Positions 1-9,821 are shown, numbered from the stretch's first letter. The stretch is DNA of 32,820 nucleotides from Paraspadella gotoi (GCA_051294375.1 JBJCIZ010000193.1:1-32820); one strand, 5' to 3'. Notes: generated by a model not told the origin, from the sequence alone. Numbers and translations: made by a program.

Positions 1-356
1 GCGTATATGAGTAGAAGAAGAGAGAAAGAGAGAGAGAGAAGACGAGAGAGAGAGAGAGAGGAGAGAGAATAAGAAATCCACGAAAAATCTCGGATGAAAA
101 TATGGGATTTTGTATTGAAAAAAAGCGCGGAATAAAATGGTAATAATAAAAAATTTTTAGAAGAAAAAAAAATAATCAGCAATTTTTTCAAAAAAACAAA
201 CGATCACGCAAGAGAATCGCGACAGAAGAGGGACAGACACACACAGAGAGAAAAGAGAGAGATACGATGATAGCCATTCATTGTTGCGATGATAGTGATT
301 CATTGACGCGCTGAATCATTCATCGTAAATAAAACAAACCAAATGCGTGTATGAGT

Positions 357-390
<34 letters not shown>

Positions 391-995
391 GGAGCAGAGA
401 GGCTGGACAGTTTTCCCGCCAATGAAACGCATTATTAGGTCTCTCTCGTTTATATAAAGAATAATCAGAATTTTTAGAAAAAAAATCCACGAAAATCTCG
501 GATGTAAATTTGTGATTTTGTATTGAGAAAAAAAGCGCGGAATAAATGGCGATAATAAAAGTTTTTAGAAGGAAAAAAGAGAGAGAGAGAGTAGAAAGAG
601 AGAGGGAGAGAGAGAAGAGAGAGAGAGAGAGAAAGAGGGAGGGAGAGTGAGAAAGAGAGAGAGAGAGAGAGTTTTCCCACCAACGAGACGCCATTATTAG
701 GTCACTCTCGTTTATATCGGTTATCCGTTGCCTCGCAACGGCGTCGTGAAATTGGGTCTATGTGATGTTTTTTTTTATACACGTAACGCGTTAATTAGGT
801 CATGTTTCCTCGACATTGTTTACTTGTTGCTCCGCAACGACCACGAAATCTAGGTTAAGTAAGTTATTGTATTTTGGGATTTTGTATTGAGATAAAATAA
901 TAAATGGCGATAATAAAAAGTTTTTAGAAGGAAAAAATCACGAAAATCTTCGGAATAAATGGCGATAATAAAAGTTTTTAGAAGGAAAAAAAAAA

Positions 996-1040
<45 letters not shown>

Positions 1041-2548
1041 AGATAGAGAGAAAAAGATTGTTCTTTTTTTAGGAAGAAACCAGACCGAGGTCAAATTTAA
1101 TATTTGCATATTTAATTAATTTATAAATAGTTATCACAACTCAAATAATTATTATTTAAAAAAAAAGTTAAAAATGATTAAATATATACACTAAAAATAT
1201 TTATAAATTTAATAATAGTACAAATTATCAGAATAACAAAAAAAGTAATGTTTAATTTGACTATATCTCTCTTATCAACTCCTATTTTAGAATAATTTGC
1301 CAATAGTGGCCAACCGGTCCAAAGTTCAATAATAAATAAAAACAATTTTTTTTTTTTATAATGTGATGCATGCAATTATATTATTCGGCGAAAGTGCTGC
1401 ATATATAATAGGTCACATTAGCTGATTTATATGTGATAATGCATATCATTATAAGTTATTCTTCATTTTTTTTAAAAAAATAATAGGAGAGAGAGAGAGA
1501 GAGAGAGAGACGAGACAAAGATGATTGTAAGAAAATGCGAAAATGGGAAAAATTTTTCAAAAAAACGAACGATCGTACAGAGTGAGAGAGACAGAAAGAC
1601 AGAAAGAGAGAGAAAGAGAGACAGAAAGAGACAAGAGAGACAAAGAGACAGAAAGAAAGAGAAAGCTGGAAGCCAGCTGAACAGTCACTGCAGAACCTGA
1701 ACTCGTTTTTTAAGGGTTCAGAAAAAGCAGCAACTGACAAATATAGGAAAGAAAATCTATATATAATTTAAAGAAATAAAAGAAAGGCAAAAATATGTTA
1801 CAATTGTTTACAATTGGAAATTTTTCCAATTTTTCCAATCGCAGCTTGTAAAAGATTTAATTTATATTTGTATTAAAATTAAGATATAGCTTCTCATTAA
1901 AAAAATCCTTTGAGTTCCCATTTTTATTAAAAATTTAAAACAAATTTTTGAATTTCATCTTCAATATTATATACTGCAATATGTAAATTAGATTAAAGCA
2001 TTCTATATACTAATTTGGATATTATAAGGAGTACTTTAATCTCATTTGCATATTGCAGTAAATCATAATGAAGTGGAAATTCAAACCAAAAATACTTAAA
2101 TCCAAATGTAATATGAAAATATCACAGCTATTTCAAGATGAAAAGCCATATCTAAATTTTTAACTTACTATGATCGCACACTTTTGTAAAACTTTATCAT
2201 AATTCATAATAATTTTTATTTAAAAAAAAACGGTAAGTCACAGCCAAACCTATAAAAGCGTAGTAGTTTTATATATGAAAACAGCGTGACGGACGACGAC
2301 GACGACGACGACGACTACGTCACAAAGAAGCAACCCTAAAACATTATAGAGCCTGACCCGGCTTCGCCGGTCAAGGCTCGATAAAAAAAATGGTAAGTCA
2401 CAGCCAAACCTATAAAAGCGTAGTAGTTTTTATATAACAAAACAGCGTGACGGACGACGACGACGACGACGACGACTACGTCACAAAGAAGCAACCCTAA
2501 AACATTATAGAGCCTGACCCGGCTTCGCCGGTCAAGGCTCGATAAAAA
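1..2548 (-). mobile_element. Modular non-autonomous repeat with DINE-1/HINE (Helentron-associated)-like terminus, copy 1 (runs off the left edge of the window)
   Basis: Seen: blocks 290-580, 1050-1480 and 1790-2330 are near-identical reverse complements of blocks within 10190-12576, interleaved with (GA)n tracts. Read on the minus strand, the end is T-run + GAGCC-ttgaccggc-gaa-gccgggtca-GGCTC hairpin + (GTC)n-GTCCGTC microsatellite. Knowledge: T-run, subterminal inverted repeat, then GTCY-type microsatellite is the DINE-1/HINE layout. Family assignment is inference. Confidence 0.65.
2222..2548. repeat. Tandem duplication (~160 bp x2) of the repeat terminus, including (GAC)n and the hairpin
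   Basis: Seen: ggtaagtcacagccaaacc at 2232 and 2392, and gagcctgacccggcttcgccggtcaaggctcgataaaaa at 2349 and 2510. Confidence 0.95.
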
Positions 2549-3737
2549 TGATGCAAGTTAAAAAAAGATTTAACTTTTTTTTCCGTCAGTTGCCTTGCTT
2601 TCCGGAACTTCGGATGTGGGGGTAGGCTTGTTACCGGTGGTTTAAACAGCTGGTCACTCTTTTTGCAAAAACTGTTCCAACCAGGGACAGAACCCATAAT
2701 CATTAGGTTTGGAAATGAAGCGTTAGCCCAATGTGCTATTAGTAAATATATTAGCTGGAAGAACAGTCGTATCTAACGGGTAATGATAATATATCACTAC
2801 AGGTCTTTATTTTGATATTATGTAAGCTACATATTACTTTTGTAAAATTTTAGTAATTTTAGTTTCTCCTACTTTATAATGATTGCACCATTTTAATAGC
2901 ACCTTATATTCTACAAAAATCGCTATTTCTGACAAGGAAGATGAAACTGTACAAAAAAATTGTTATCATCCTCAAATTATTCAGACATCATATTTGGTTA
3001 TCATTTAAGATTTAAAGTGCACTCAGTGCCGATTAATTCAATGTAAAAAGGAACTATGTATTTTCTTTCCGATTAGAGAGTTTAAACGTCCCACGAACGA
3101 AACTTAAAGAGGTCGGCTCACTCGTTCGGCGCCATCAACCGGCGCTTAGAGATTTCACAAGCATCACATGATAACACGTTAACCAAAAGTCAAGTATAAG
3201 AGGTCACGTCCCTAATGGTAAAGTTTCGCGGAAAGGATTAGAAAATATTTTTGTTATCAGCTTAAAAAAAGAGATTTTTAAAAACGAATTTAATGATTAT
3301 CTGATTTTTCAAACTGTTTATCATACGTAAATATTGTTAGTTCGATTTTTGATATTTGATATTCAAAATTTAATTTTGGCAGTATTTAAGGAGTGACATT
3401 CGAGAGTGAAAAACAAAAGATTTACTGGCTAATTATAGGGAAAATTGAGGGAGGCGACTTCAGGGCTTCAAGAGTCAAACCAGTCTGCGCCAATACATGT
3501 AAATCGCTTTCAAAGGCTGAAACTGAACTGTTACTGCGACATTAATAATATTTTTATACCTGAAAAAATATTTTATAAATCAAAACTATATTAATTTTGC
3601 TTGCATCACTTTATCTCGCCAGACATTGTCAGCGTTGTCACGTTTTTTTATAATTAGAAATAGTAAAAGTGTGTAATTGTAGAAAAAATCTATAAATCAA
3701 TTGATCTATCAATCATGACCAATAGCTGTGCCAATAC

Positions 3738-3800
3738 CAACTTGCATAATTTGGTCAACTTTCATAATTTAATCAACTTGAATAATTAAATCAACTGGCA
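3738..3800. repeat. 18-bp minisatellite (caacttgcataatttggt-like), interrupted by the Gypsy element and resuming at 9764-9780
   Basis: Seen: caacttgcataatttggt / caactttcataatttaat / caacttgaataattaaat / caactggca|taatttggt / caac. Removing the element and one GGCA restores the 18-bp phase. Confidence 0.9.
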
Positions 3801-4012
3801 TGTAGTGATGTTATTGCTCTTTTATTTTTCACATCAGCTGATTGAATGACGTCATTGAAACCCTACCTTTATGCTTTGTTATAGATTTGAAATTCATTCT
3901 CGTTGTTATTGTTTCCTCTCTCAATATAAGACATTATATTAAATTCTCCGTTCAATTTTATATAAAATGTCATAATAGCTTTATATTATGAGTCTTCTAA
4001 TTTTTATCTACA
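3801..4012 (+). repeat. 5' LTR (212 bp)
   Basis: Seen: starts TGTAG, ends CTACA (5-bp inverted termini). No differences from 9552-9763 found by eye. Contains a TGACGTCA palindrome at 3847-3854. Confidence 0.98.
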
Positions 4013-4013
4013 C

Positions 4014-4027
4014 TGGTGAACCCGACG
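4014..4027 (+). promoter_or_regulatory. Primer binding site, tRNA-Trp type
   Basis: Seen: TGGTGAACCCGACG, one base after the LTR end. From memory, the complement of the common animal tRNA-Trp 3' end is TGGTGACCCCGACG (one mismatch). Confidence 0.85.
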
Positions 4028-4357
4028 ACGAACCTATCTCCAACCTGTCTGAAGCCAAGAAGTCACAAGCTGATCCACCGCACGCGGTTAACGAATCAAA
4101 GTGGATAAAGCCCACTTCGTAGGTAAGGGCGAGCGAGAAAGTTTTGAAAGGCGAAATCTCGCCCTTCTCACACTTCTTTTTCTCTTTTTCCCTCACCCCC
4201 TGCTTCAACGTCACCCTCGGCGACGAGCGGTAATCCGCCGCTCTAAGGATCCCCTTGGCAACACCTTCATGACCTTGTAGCCAGCACAGCCACATCACCG
4301 GCGGCGTTAGGATTGCCGCTTGCCTGCCATCTAGACTCTCAACTTGTCAAAACCTTC

Positions 4358-5446
4358 ATGGACGGCCTCAATCGACCCACAACAAGATCTATCTCTGCTC
4401 TCACCGTCCCTTCAAACGTTGGACGAGGCCGTGCGTCCAGGACACCATCTCCAGTACCTCATGACCAGCATATCTTCTTCCTGCCCCCATCGCAACAGGA
4501 AAACATGAGTCAATCGAATCCTGCCTCTTCTGGTGCCTCCGCATCATCCAATGAGGAGCAGTTTGCTGACGAGTTTCTCTCTGGCGCTGACAGAATGGCC
4601 AACGTAGTAGCAGCCGCGGTTTCCGCAGCTCTTCGTCAACAACGAGCCGAGCAGGTCCAGATGAAAAAACCAGAGCTGCCGGATTTCGATGCGCAGAACA
4701 TCAACATCTGGATAAAGCGTATTGAGTCAGCTTTTACAAGAGTCAATATAACTAGTGCCAAGCATAAATTTGCTCACCTTGAGTCAAAATTCAAGGTCGA
4801 TTTCAACCCAGAAATAAACACTTTTCTTTTCGGCGAATCGACGGAGGAAAGGTGGAACGAATTTCTCTCTTACCTGCGCCGCGAATATGGCCGTACAAAA
4901 TCCCAGAAAGCTGCAAGTCTCTTGCAGGGCCTTTCTCGAGATGGTCGGCGTCCCTCACAGCTGTTAGCCAAGTTGGCCAAGAGAGCTGACGACACCTCAA
5001 TTGACGACGTTTTGAAGGAACTGATGCTTAGAGAGCTCCCTCAAGACATCCAACGTGCCATTGCCGATAAAGTTGCAGACATTGACTCAAAGGCTGCAGC
5101 TAAAATTGCGGACCTGTACTTCGACCCTCAAGGACGTCCCCTTCACGCCTCAGCATCACCAGCCATCAACCTGGTCGACGCTCCTGCTGCAGAAGAGGAC
5201 AGCAGTGAAGAGGAGATTACAAACATCAACCATGTGAAAGGAAAGAGCCGTTTCAAGCCTTCCCGACCCAAATTTGCTAAGCAAAAGCCCCAGTCTGACA
5301 AGACAAACTTCTCAGAGACATCCTCTCGCTCAGATCGTTTCAAATTATGTTCTTTTCATGAACGTTTTGGCCCCAATGCAAAAAACTGCAAACCAAACTG
5401 TGCAATGCAAAAAATGGGAAACGGGACGGCCGGGAAACGGATGTGA
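4358..5446 (+). CDS. gag: Gag protein with C-terminal CHCC zinc finger
   Basis: Seen: open frame 4313-5446, first ATG at 4358 (alternative at 4505). Contains capsid-like KPELPDF..NINIWIKRIES and GRRPSQLL segments, and CSFHERFGPNAKNCKPNC = C-x2-H-x9-C-x3-C. Confidence 0.93.
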   Translation: MDGLNRPTTRSISALTVPSNVGRGRASRTPSPVPHDQHIFFLPPSQQENMSQSNPASSGASASSNEEQFADEFLSGADRMANVVAAAVSAALRQQRAEQVQMKKPELPDFDAQNINIWIKRIESAFTRVNITSAKHKFAHLESKFKVDFNPEINTFLFGESTEERWNEFLSYLRREYGRTKSQKAASLLQGLSRDGRRPSQLLAKLAKRADDTSIDDVLKELMLRELPQDIQRAIADKVADIDSKAAAKIADLYFDPQGRPLHASASPAINLVDAPAAEEDSSEEEITNINHVKGKSRFKPSRPKFAKQKPQSDKTNFSETSSRSDRFKLCSFHERFGPNAKNCKPNCAMQKMGNGTAGKRM

Positions 5447-5461
5447 ACGCCGCTCCTGGCC
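5416..5461 (+). promoter_or_regulatory. Programmed -1 ribosomal frameshift signal (slippery heptamer + stem-loop)
   Basis: Seen: G GGA AAC at 5416-5422, in the correct phase of gag. After a 5-nt spacer, GGCCGGGA (5428-5435) can pair with TCCTGGCC (5454-5461). The pol frame is -1 relative to gag and open through the site. Confidence 0.85.
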
Positions 5462-7143
5462 TCAATAATGATGGAAAACTCCTTTACGTTCACGACCCCA
5501 TCAATAACTGCCGCTGGCTCATCGATAGTGGCGCCCTCATCTCCATCATCCCGCCAACTCCTGAACAGCGCCTCAGCGGAAGTGTATCCTCAGACCTTCG
5601 CGCCGCAAACGGAACACGAATTAAGTGTTTCGGAACAACTAGCCTCACAATTCATTTTGAAGAGCGGTCTTTCCCTTTCTCTCTCACAGTTGCCGACGTC
5701 AAGCAACCGATACTGGGAGCGGACTTCCTTGCGGAATTCTACCTTGCCCCCGACCTCCGAGGCAGCGTCCTGATTGACCTCAATGATTTCTCAATCATCA
5801 AGGCAACTGCAACATCTGAGAAATCCACTGGCGACATCAACTACATCGACACTGCCTCAAACCCTTTCAACCACCTTTTTGAGGATTTCCCCGATGTCAC
5901 CAACCCCACATTTGAGGCTAAGGAGCCAAAGCACGGTGTGAGGCATCACATTCCGACCACAGGCCGACCAGTCCAGAGTAGAGCCCGTCGGCTCTCACCT
6001 GAGAAACTGGCAGTTGCCAAAGCAGAGCTGGAGAAACTCTGTAAGCTTGGAATTGCCCGTCGTGCCAAAAGTGAGTGGGCGTCACCTCTACTCGTAGTCA
6101 ACAAAGCAGATGGGGGTTTCCGCGTGTGTGGAGACTACCGTCGTCTCAATTGCCAGACAATTGACGACAAGTACCCCGTAAAAGCTTTGACCGACTTCAC
6201 AGCGAATCTTGCTGGAAAGAAAATTTTTAGCAAAATCGATTTGCTAAAAGGGTACCACCAAATACCCATAGCGGAGAATGATGTTTCCAAAACCGGCGTC
6301 ATCACGCCATTTGGACTTTTTGTATTTCCAAGGACACCTTTTGGACTCAAGAATGCTGGTCAGGACTTCCAGCGGCTCATGGATGAGCTGCTGGATGGCC
6401 TTCCACATGTTTTCGTCTATATAGACGACATCCTTGTGGCATCAGAAAACAAGGAGCAACATGAGCAGGACCTTGAGGAGGTTTTCTCTATCCTCAGTCA
6501 AAATGGCTTAGTTGTGAACAAGGCGAAATGCATTCTGGGACAACCTTCATTAGAGTTTCTTGGATACAAAGTAGATGAGTTTGGCATCACTCCCCTGCAA
6601 GAACGAGTCGCAGCTATCCTTCAAACCAAGCAACCAACAACAGTGAAGGACCTTCAACGCTTTCTAGGGATGATAAATTATTACAGGCGCTTCATTCCTA
6701 AAGCTGCTTCCCACCTCTATCATCTCTTTGAAGCCCTCAAAGGCAAGCCAAAAAAGCTTGAGTGGAACAATGATCGCCAAAATTCCTTTGAAACCATCAA
6801 GTCAGCCCTTGCTACAGCCACAATGCTCCACCATCCCCGGCCTGATGCTGCGCTGGCACTTACCACTGATGCTTCAAACCACGCCATCGGCGCGGTTCTT
6901 GAGCAAAGAGGCCCTAAAGGATGGGAACCACTTTCTTTTTACTCGGCCAAACTCAAACCAAACCAGTGCAGTTGGCCTCCCTTTGATCGTGAGCTCCTGG
7001 CTGCCTTTCGCGCAATCCGTCACTTCAAAACGTCCCTTGAGGGCCGTCACTTTACCCTGTATACGGATCATAAGAGCTTAATCCCCGCGATCTCCAAGAA
7101 GTCTGAGCCTCAAACGGCCAGACAAACTTACCAACATCTCTGA
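5422..7143 (+). CDS. pol: Pol N-terminal part: aspartic protease, reverse transcriptase, RNase H (ends at a frameshift)
   Basis: Seen: WLIDSGA and ILGADFL (protease); RVCGDYRRLN, KIDLLKGYHQI, PFGLKNA and YIDD (RT); TDAS, DRELLA and YTDHKSL (RNase H). Confidence 0.96.
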   Translation, partial: RDGRETDVNAAPGLNNDGKLLYVHDPINNCRWLIDSGALISIIPPTPEQRLSGSVSSDLRAANGTRIKCFGTTSLTIHFEERSFPFSLTVADVKQPILGADFLAEFYLAPDLRGSVLIDLNDFSIIKATATSEKSTGDINYIDTASNPFNHLFEDFPDVTNPTFEAKEPKHGVRHHIPTTGRPVQSRARRLSPEKLAVAKAELEKLCKLGIARRAKSEWASPLLVVNKADGGFRVCGDYRRLNCQTIDDKYPVKALTDFTANLAGKKIFSKIDLLKGYHQIPIAENDVSKTGVITPFGLFVFPRTPFGLKNAGQDFQRLMDELLDGLPHVFVYIDDILVASENKEQHEQDLEEVFSILSQNGLVVNKAKCILGQPSLEFLGYKVDEFGITPLQERVAAILQTKQPTTVKDLQRFLGMINYYRRFIPKAASHLYHLFEALKGKPKKLEWNNDRQNSFETIKSALATATMLHHPRPDAALALTTDASNHAIGAVLEQRGPKGWEPLSFYSAKLKPNQCSWPPFDRELLAAFRAIRHFKTSLEGRHFTLYTDHKSLIPAISKKSEPQTARQTYQHL

Positions 7144-9022
7144 GTATACAACAGATGTCCGATATATTGAAGGAAAAGCTAACTTGGTAGCCGACGCCCT
7201 CTCGCGCCCTCCAATTGACTCCAAGACGGCTCCTCCTCCAATTATTTCCTCAATCAATAAACCTGTACTTCAGGAAAAGTCCGAGGATTTATTCAATGTA
7301 GTCAACGCCATTGGATATCAAGGAGTCAACCTTCAAGAGATGGCCCGTGAACAACATCTTGACCCCGACCTACAGCGCATACAGAGGGACCCTAAATCAG
7401 GCCTTCGCCTCCGAAAAATTCATCTAGGAGATGCTGAGCTCCTTGTCGATGTAAGCAATGGCCCGGCTCGGCCATTTGTTCCTTTTGGTTGGCGCAAACG
7501 TATATTCAAGGCTATTCACGGACTGGGACACCCGGGAATCGAGAGAACACGCCAAACTCTTACGGCCAAATTTGTCTGGCCATCAATCCGTGAGGATTCT
7601 TCACGTTGGGCGAGAGAATGTCTCGCTTGCCAAGCATCAAAGGTGACAAAACACACGGTTCCACCAATCTCGGATTTTAAAGTTCCTGAAAAAAGATTTT
7701 GTCACCTTCATGTTGATATTGTCAAGGTCCCTCACTCCAATGGTTTTAAATATCTCCTAACGATTGTAGATCGTTTTTCCCGTTGGCCCACTGCAATCCC
7801 AATCGCGGATATAACCGCCCAAACGGTTGTTGATGCTTTTGCCCATGGATGGGTAGCCACATATGGGATTCCATCCACTGTAACGACGGACCGAGGAACC
7901 CAATTTCTATCGGCAATTTGGCGTCAGCTCACGGAGATGTGGGGGATAAAACATATCTGCACGGCCTCCTATCACCCTGAAGCCAATGGATTAGTGGAGA
8001 GGCTTCATCGCCGACTTAAGGAAGCTCTTATCTCCCTTTGTGGCCACGCTCGCGAAGATTGGTATTGGAAACTCCCGTCAGCACTCCTAGCAATTAGAAC
8101 AACTTTAAAACCTGATATCGGAGCATCTCCCGCTGACCTCGTGTTCGGCGAAGGCCTGTCAGTTCCCGGCGACATCCTTCCAGACCCTCCCGAAAATGAT
8201 TGGATCGAGCAGAGACAGCAGAGAAACTTATTCTCCAACCTACGTCTGGAAATCGCCCGCTTGAAAGCCGTTCCAACGTCTCAGCATCGCCAACCCGCTG
8301 TCTACATTCCTCCTACTCTCCAACAAACTACTCACGTTTTCGTCCAACGCGGCGGAATCTCTCCTTCACTCACGGCTCCCTACGCTGGACCTTTTCGCGT
8401 AATCTCACGCGGACCAAACAATTTCAAAGTCGAGGTTCCGGGCCGCGGTTCAGAGAACATCGCCCTCTCCCGCCTAAAGCCTGCTTTCATTGCTGTTGAC
8501 GACCCAGGCGAGACTATACCTGAACCAACGCCGCCATCCCTCCCTCCCCCGAGTCCACCGCCAGAATCCCTAAATCGTCAGTCTCCCTCTACAACTCGGC
8601 CAACTCGAGCGCAAATTCGGAAGAACCAAACTCCACTGGAAAACTCCGAAACTCGATGGAGACTTCCCGATTCTGCCGACGAAGACGAAAACGAACCTCT
8701 ACAACCTCTTTTCCCACCTTTCCCCCTCTCTCCGTCTTTAGCAACCCCTAGAAATCGTGAGGAAGTCAACGAAGATCCCAATAAAAACTCGAAAGCAGAC
8801 AAGAACTCTGTACAACAACAACGACAACAATCACAACAACAACAACACGCTCAAACTCTCCCAAGGCGGACCCTTCCTCCACGTCAATGTCGCCAAAACC
8901 CAAGAAGATTTTTATGCTGCAATGAAATCTCCGAGAAACCAAAAACTGCTTCATATGCCGACGTGTTGAAAAAGATTCTACAAACCCAAGGTGTCATTGC
9001 CATGTCGACTTCAACTCTATAA
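7136..9022 (+). CDS. pol: Pol C-terminal part: end of RNase H, integrase (HHCC, DDE, GPY/F), Pro/Gln-rich tail
   Basis: Seen: the frame resumes as ISEYTTDVRYIEGKANLVADALSR, followed by HGLGH...CLAC, HVD...TTDRG...GLVER and PYAGPF. No chromodomain motif is evident in the tail. Confidence 0.95.
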   Translation: MSEYTTDVRYIEGKANLVADALSRPPIDSKTAPPPIISSINKPVLQEKSEDLFNVVNAIGYQGVNLQEMAREQHLDPDLQRIQRDPKSGLRLRKIHLGDAELLVDVSNGPARPFVPFGWRKRIFKAIHGLGHPGIERTRQTLTAKFVWPSIREDSSRWARECLACQASKVTKHTVPPISDFKVPEKRFCHLHVDIVKVPHSNGFKYLLTIVDRFSRWPTAIPIADITAQTVVDAFAHGWVATYGIPSTVTTDRGTQFLSAIWRQLTEMWGIKHICTASYHPEANGLVERLHRRLKEALISLCGHAREDWYWKLPSALLAIRTTLKPDIGASPADLVFGEGLSVPGDILPDPPENDWIEQRQQRNLFSNLRLEIARLKAVPTSQHRQPAVYIPPTLQQTTHVFVQRGGISPSLTAPYAGPFRVISRGPNNFKVEVPGRGSENIALSRLKPAFIAVDDPGETIPEPTPPSLPPPSPPPESLNRQSPSTTRPTRAQIRKNQTPLENSETRWRLPDSADEDENEPLQPLFPPFPLSPSLATPRNREEVNEDPNKNSKADKNSVQQQRQQSQQQQHAQTLPRRTLPPRQCRQNPRRFLCCNEISEKPKTASYADVLKKILQTQGVIAMSTSTL

Positions 9023-9543
9023 TGAACAATCTGTTTATATTGTAATATTTTTATCTTGTTTTATTTCATAATAACTGTTCTGTTAAATGAATCATTCGGC
9101 TTATTACTTTCATAACTTTACCTGAATCTATAAAAAGTCTATAAAATTTTAGCTTGACTTGATTTGACTTGAAAGGCATTCGTCCAACGAGGGACTACCT
9201 CACTCTCAAAGCTGTCTAAGATGGTAGACTTGAGACTTGCCTTGAGAGGCTGCAGCCAGAATGTTGTTTAATTAGGGTGGGGAAAGATAGAGGAAGAGAG
9301 GGAGAGAGGAGGAGGGAGGGAGGGGATTGGGAAGGTGAGGAAGAGGGGGGAGGTGACCAGGTCGGCTGGGCCTGACCCACTCCGTTACTCAAGAAAACAG
9401 ATCGGGATTCCGCCTTTCGGCTTTTCCTTCTCCTTGATCGCTTGAGCCTCCCGTCTCTTTTGCCATCCGAAAGGATGTTCCCGCTAGCACCGCGTGGAGG
9501 TAGAGACGTACTGCTAGCCAATCGAACCTAGGTACGATCGTCT

Positions 9544-9549
9544 GGGGGG
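9544..9549 (+). promoter_or_regulatory. Polypurine tract (short G6)
   Basis: Seen: tctGGGGGGca immediately before the 3' LTR. Confidence 0.75.
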
Positions 9550-9551
9550 CA

Positions 9552-9763
9552 TGTAGTGATGTTATTGCTCTTTTATTTTTCACATCAGCTGATTGAATGA
9601 CGTCATTGAAACCCTACCTTTATGCTTTGTTATAGATTTGAAATTCATTCTCGTTGTTATTGTTTCCTCTCTCAATATAAGACATTATATTAAATTCTCC
9701 GTTCAATTTTATATAAAATGTCATAATAGCTTTATATTATGAGTCTTCTAATTTTTATCTACA
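9552..9763 (+). repeat. 3' LTR (212 bp)
   Basis: Seen: direct repeat of 3801-4012, followed by the GGCA TSD. Confidence 0.98.
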
Positions 9764-9821
9764 GGCATAATTTGGTCAACAGGAGAGAGGGAAATATAGG
9801 CATTCAGACGCAAAAATACCA

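Larger units (their letters stand above)
3801..9763 (+). mobile_element. Full-length Ty3/Gypsy LTR retrotransposon, CsRn1/Kabuki/Boudicca-like clade
   Basis: Seen: two 212-bp LTRs (TGTAG...CTACA), GGCA on both flanks (3797-3800 and 9764-9767), PBS, gag, pol in PR-RT-RH-IN order, and a G-run PPT. Knowledge: CHCC Gag finger, tRNA-Trp PBS and 4-bp TSD are hallmarks of the CsRn1 clade. Confidence 0.97.

Noticed and set aside
725-852. Hairpins ccgttgc-ctc-gcaacgg and gttgc-tcc-gcaac with a downstream CTAG, resembling a Helitron 3' end
   Set aside because: CTAG is followed by G rather than T, and homology to the copy near 19560-19730 continues past it, so it is not a demonstrable terminus.
320-1740. 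ORFs rich in SLSLSL or ERERER (also 10952-12565 and 19181-21415)
   Set aside because: They are translations of (GA)n/(TC)n microsatellites inside the modular repeat.
3000-3720. Possible TTAA-flanked MITE ends
   Set aside because: No matching pair of terminal inverted repeats could be found.
9216-9583. Antisense ORFs in the Gypsy 3' UTR as an env-like or accessory gene
   Set aside because: They are short, low-complexity products of the purine tract, with no signal peptide or TM segment.
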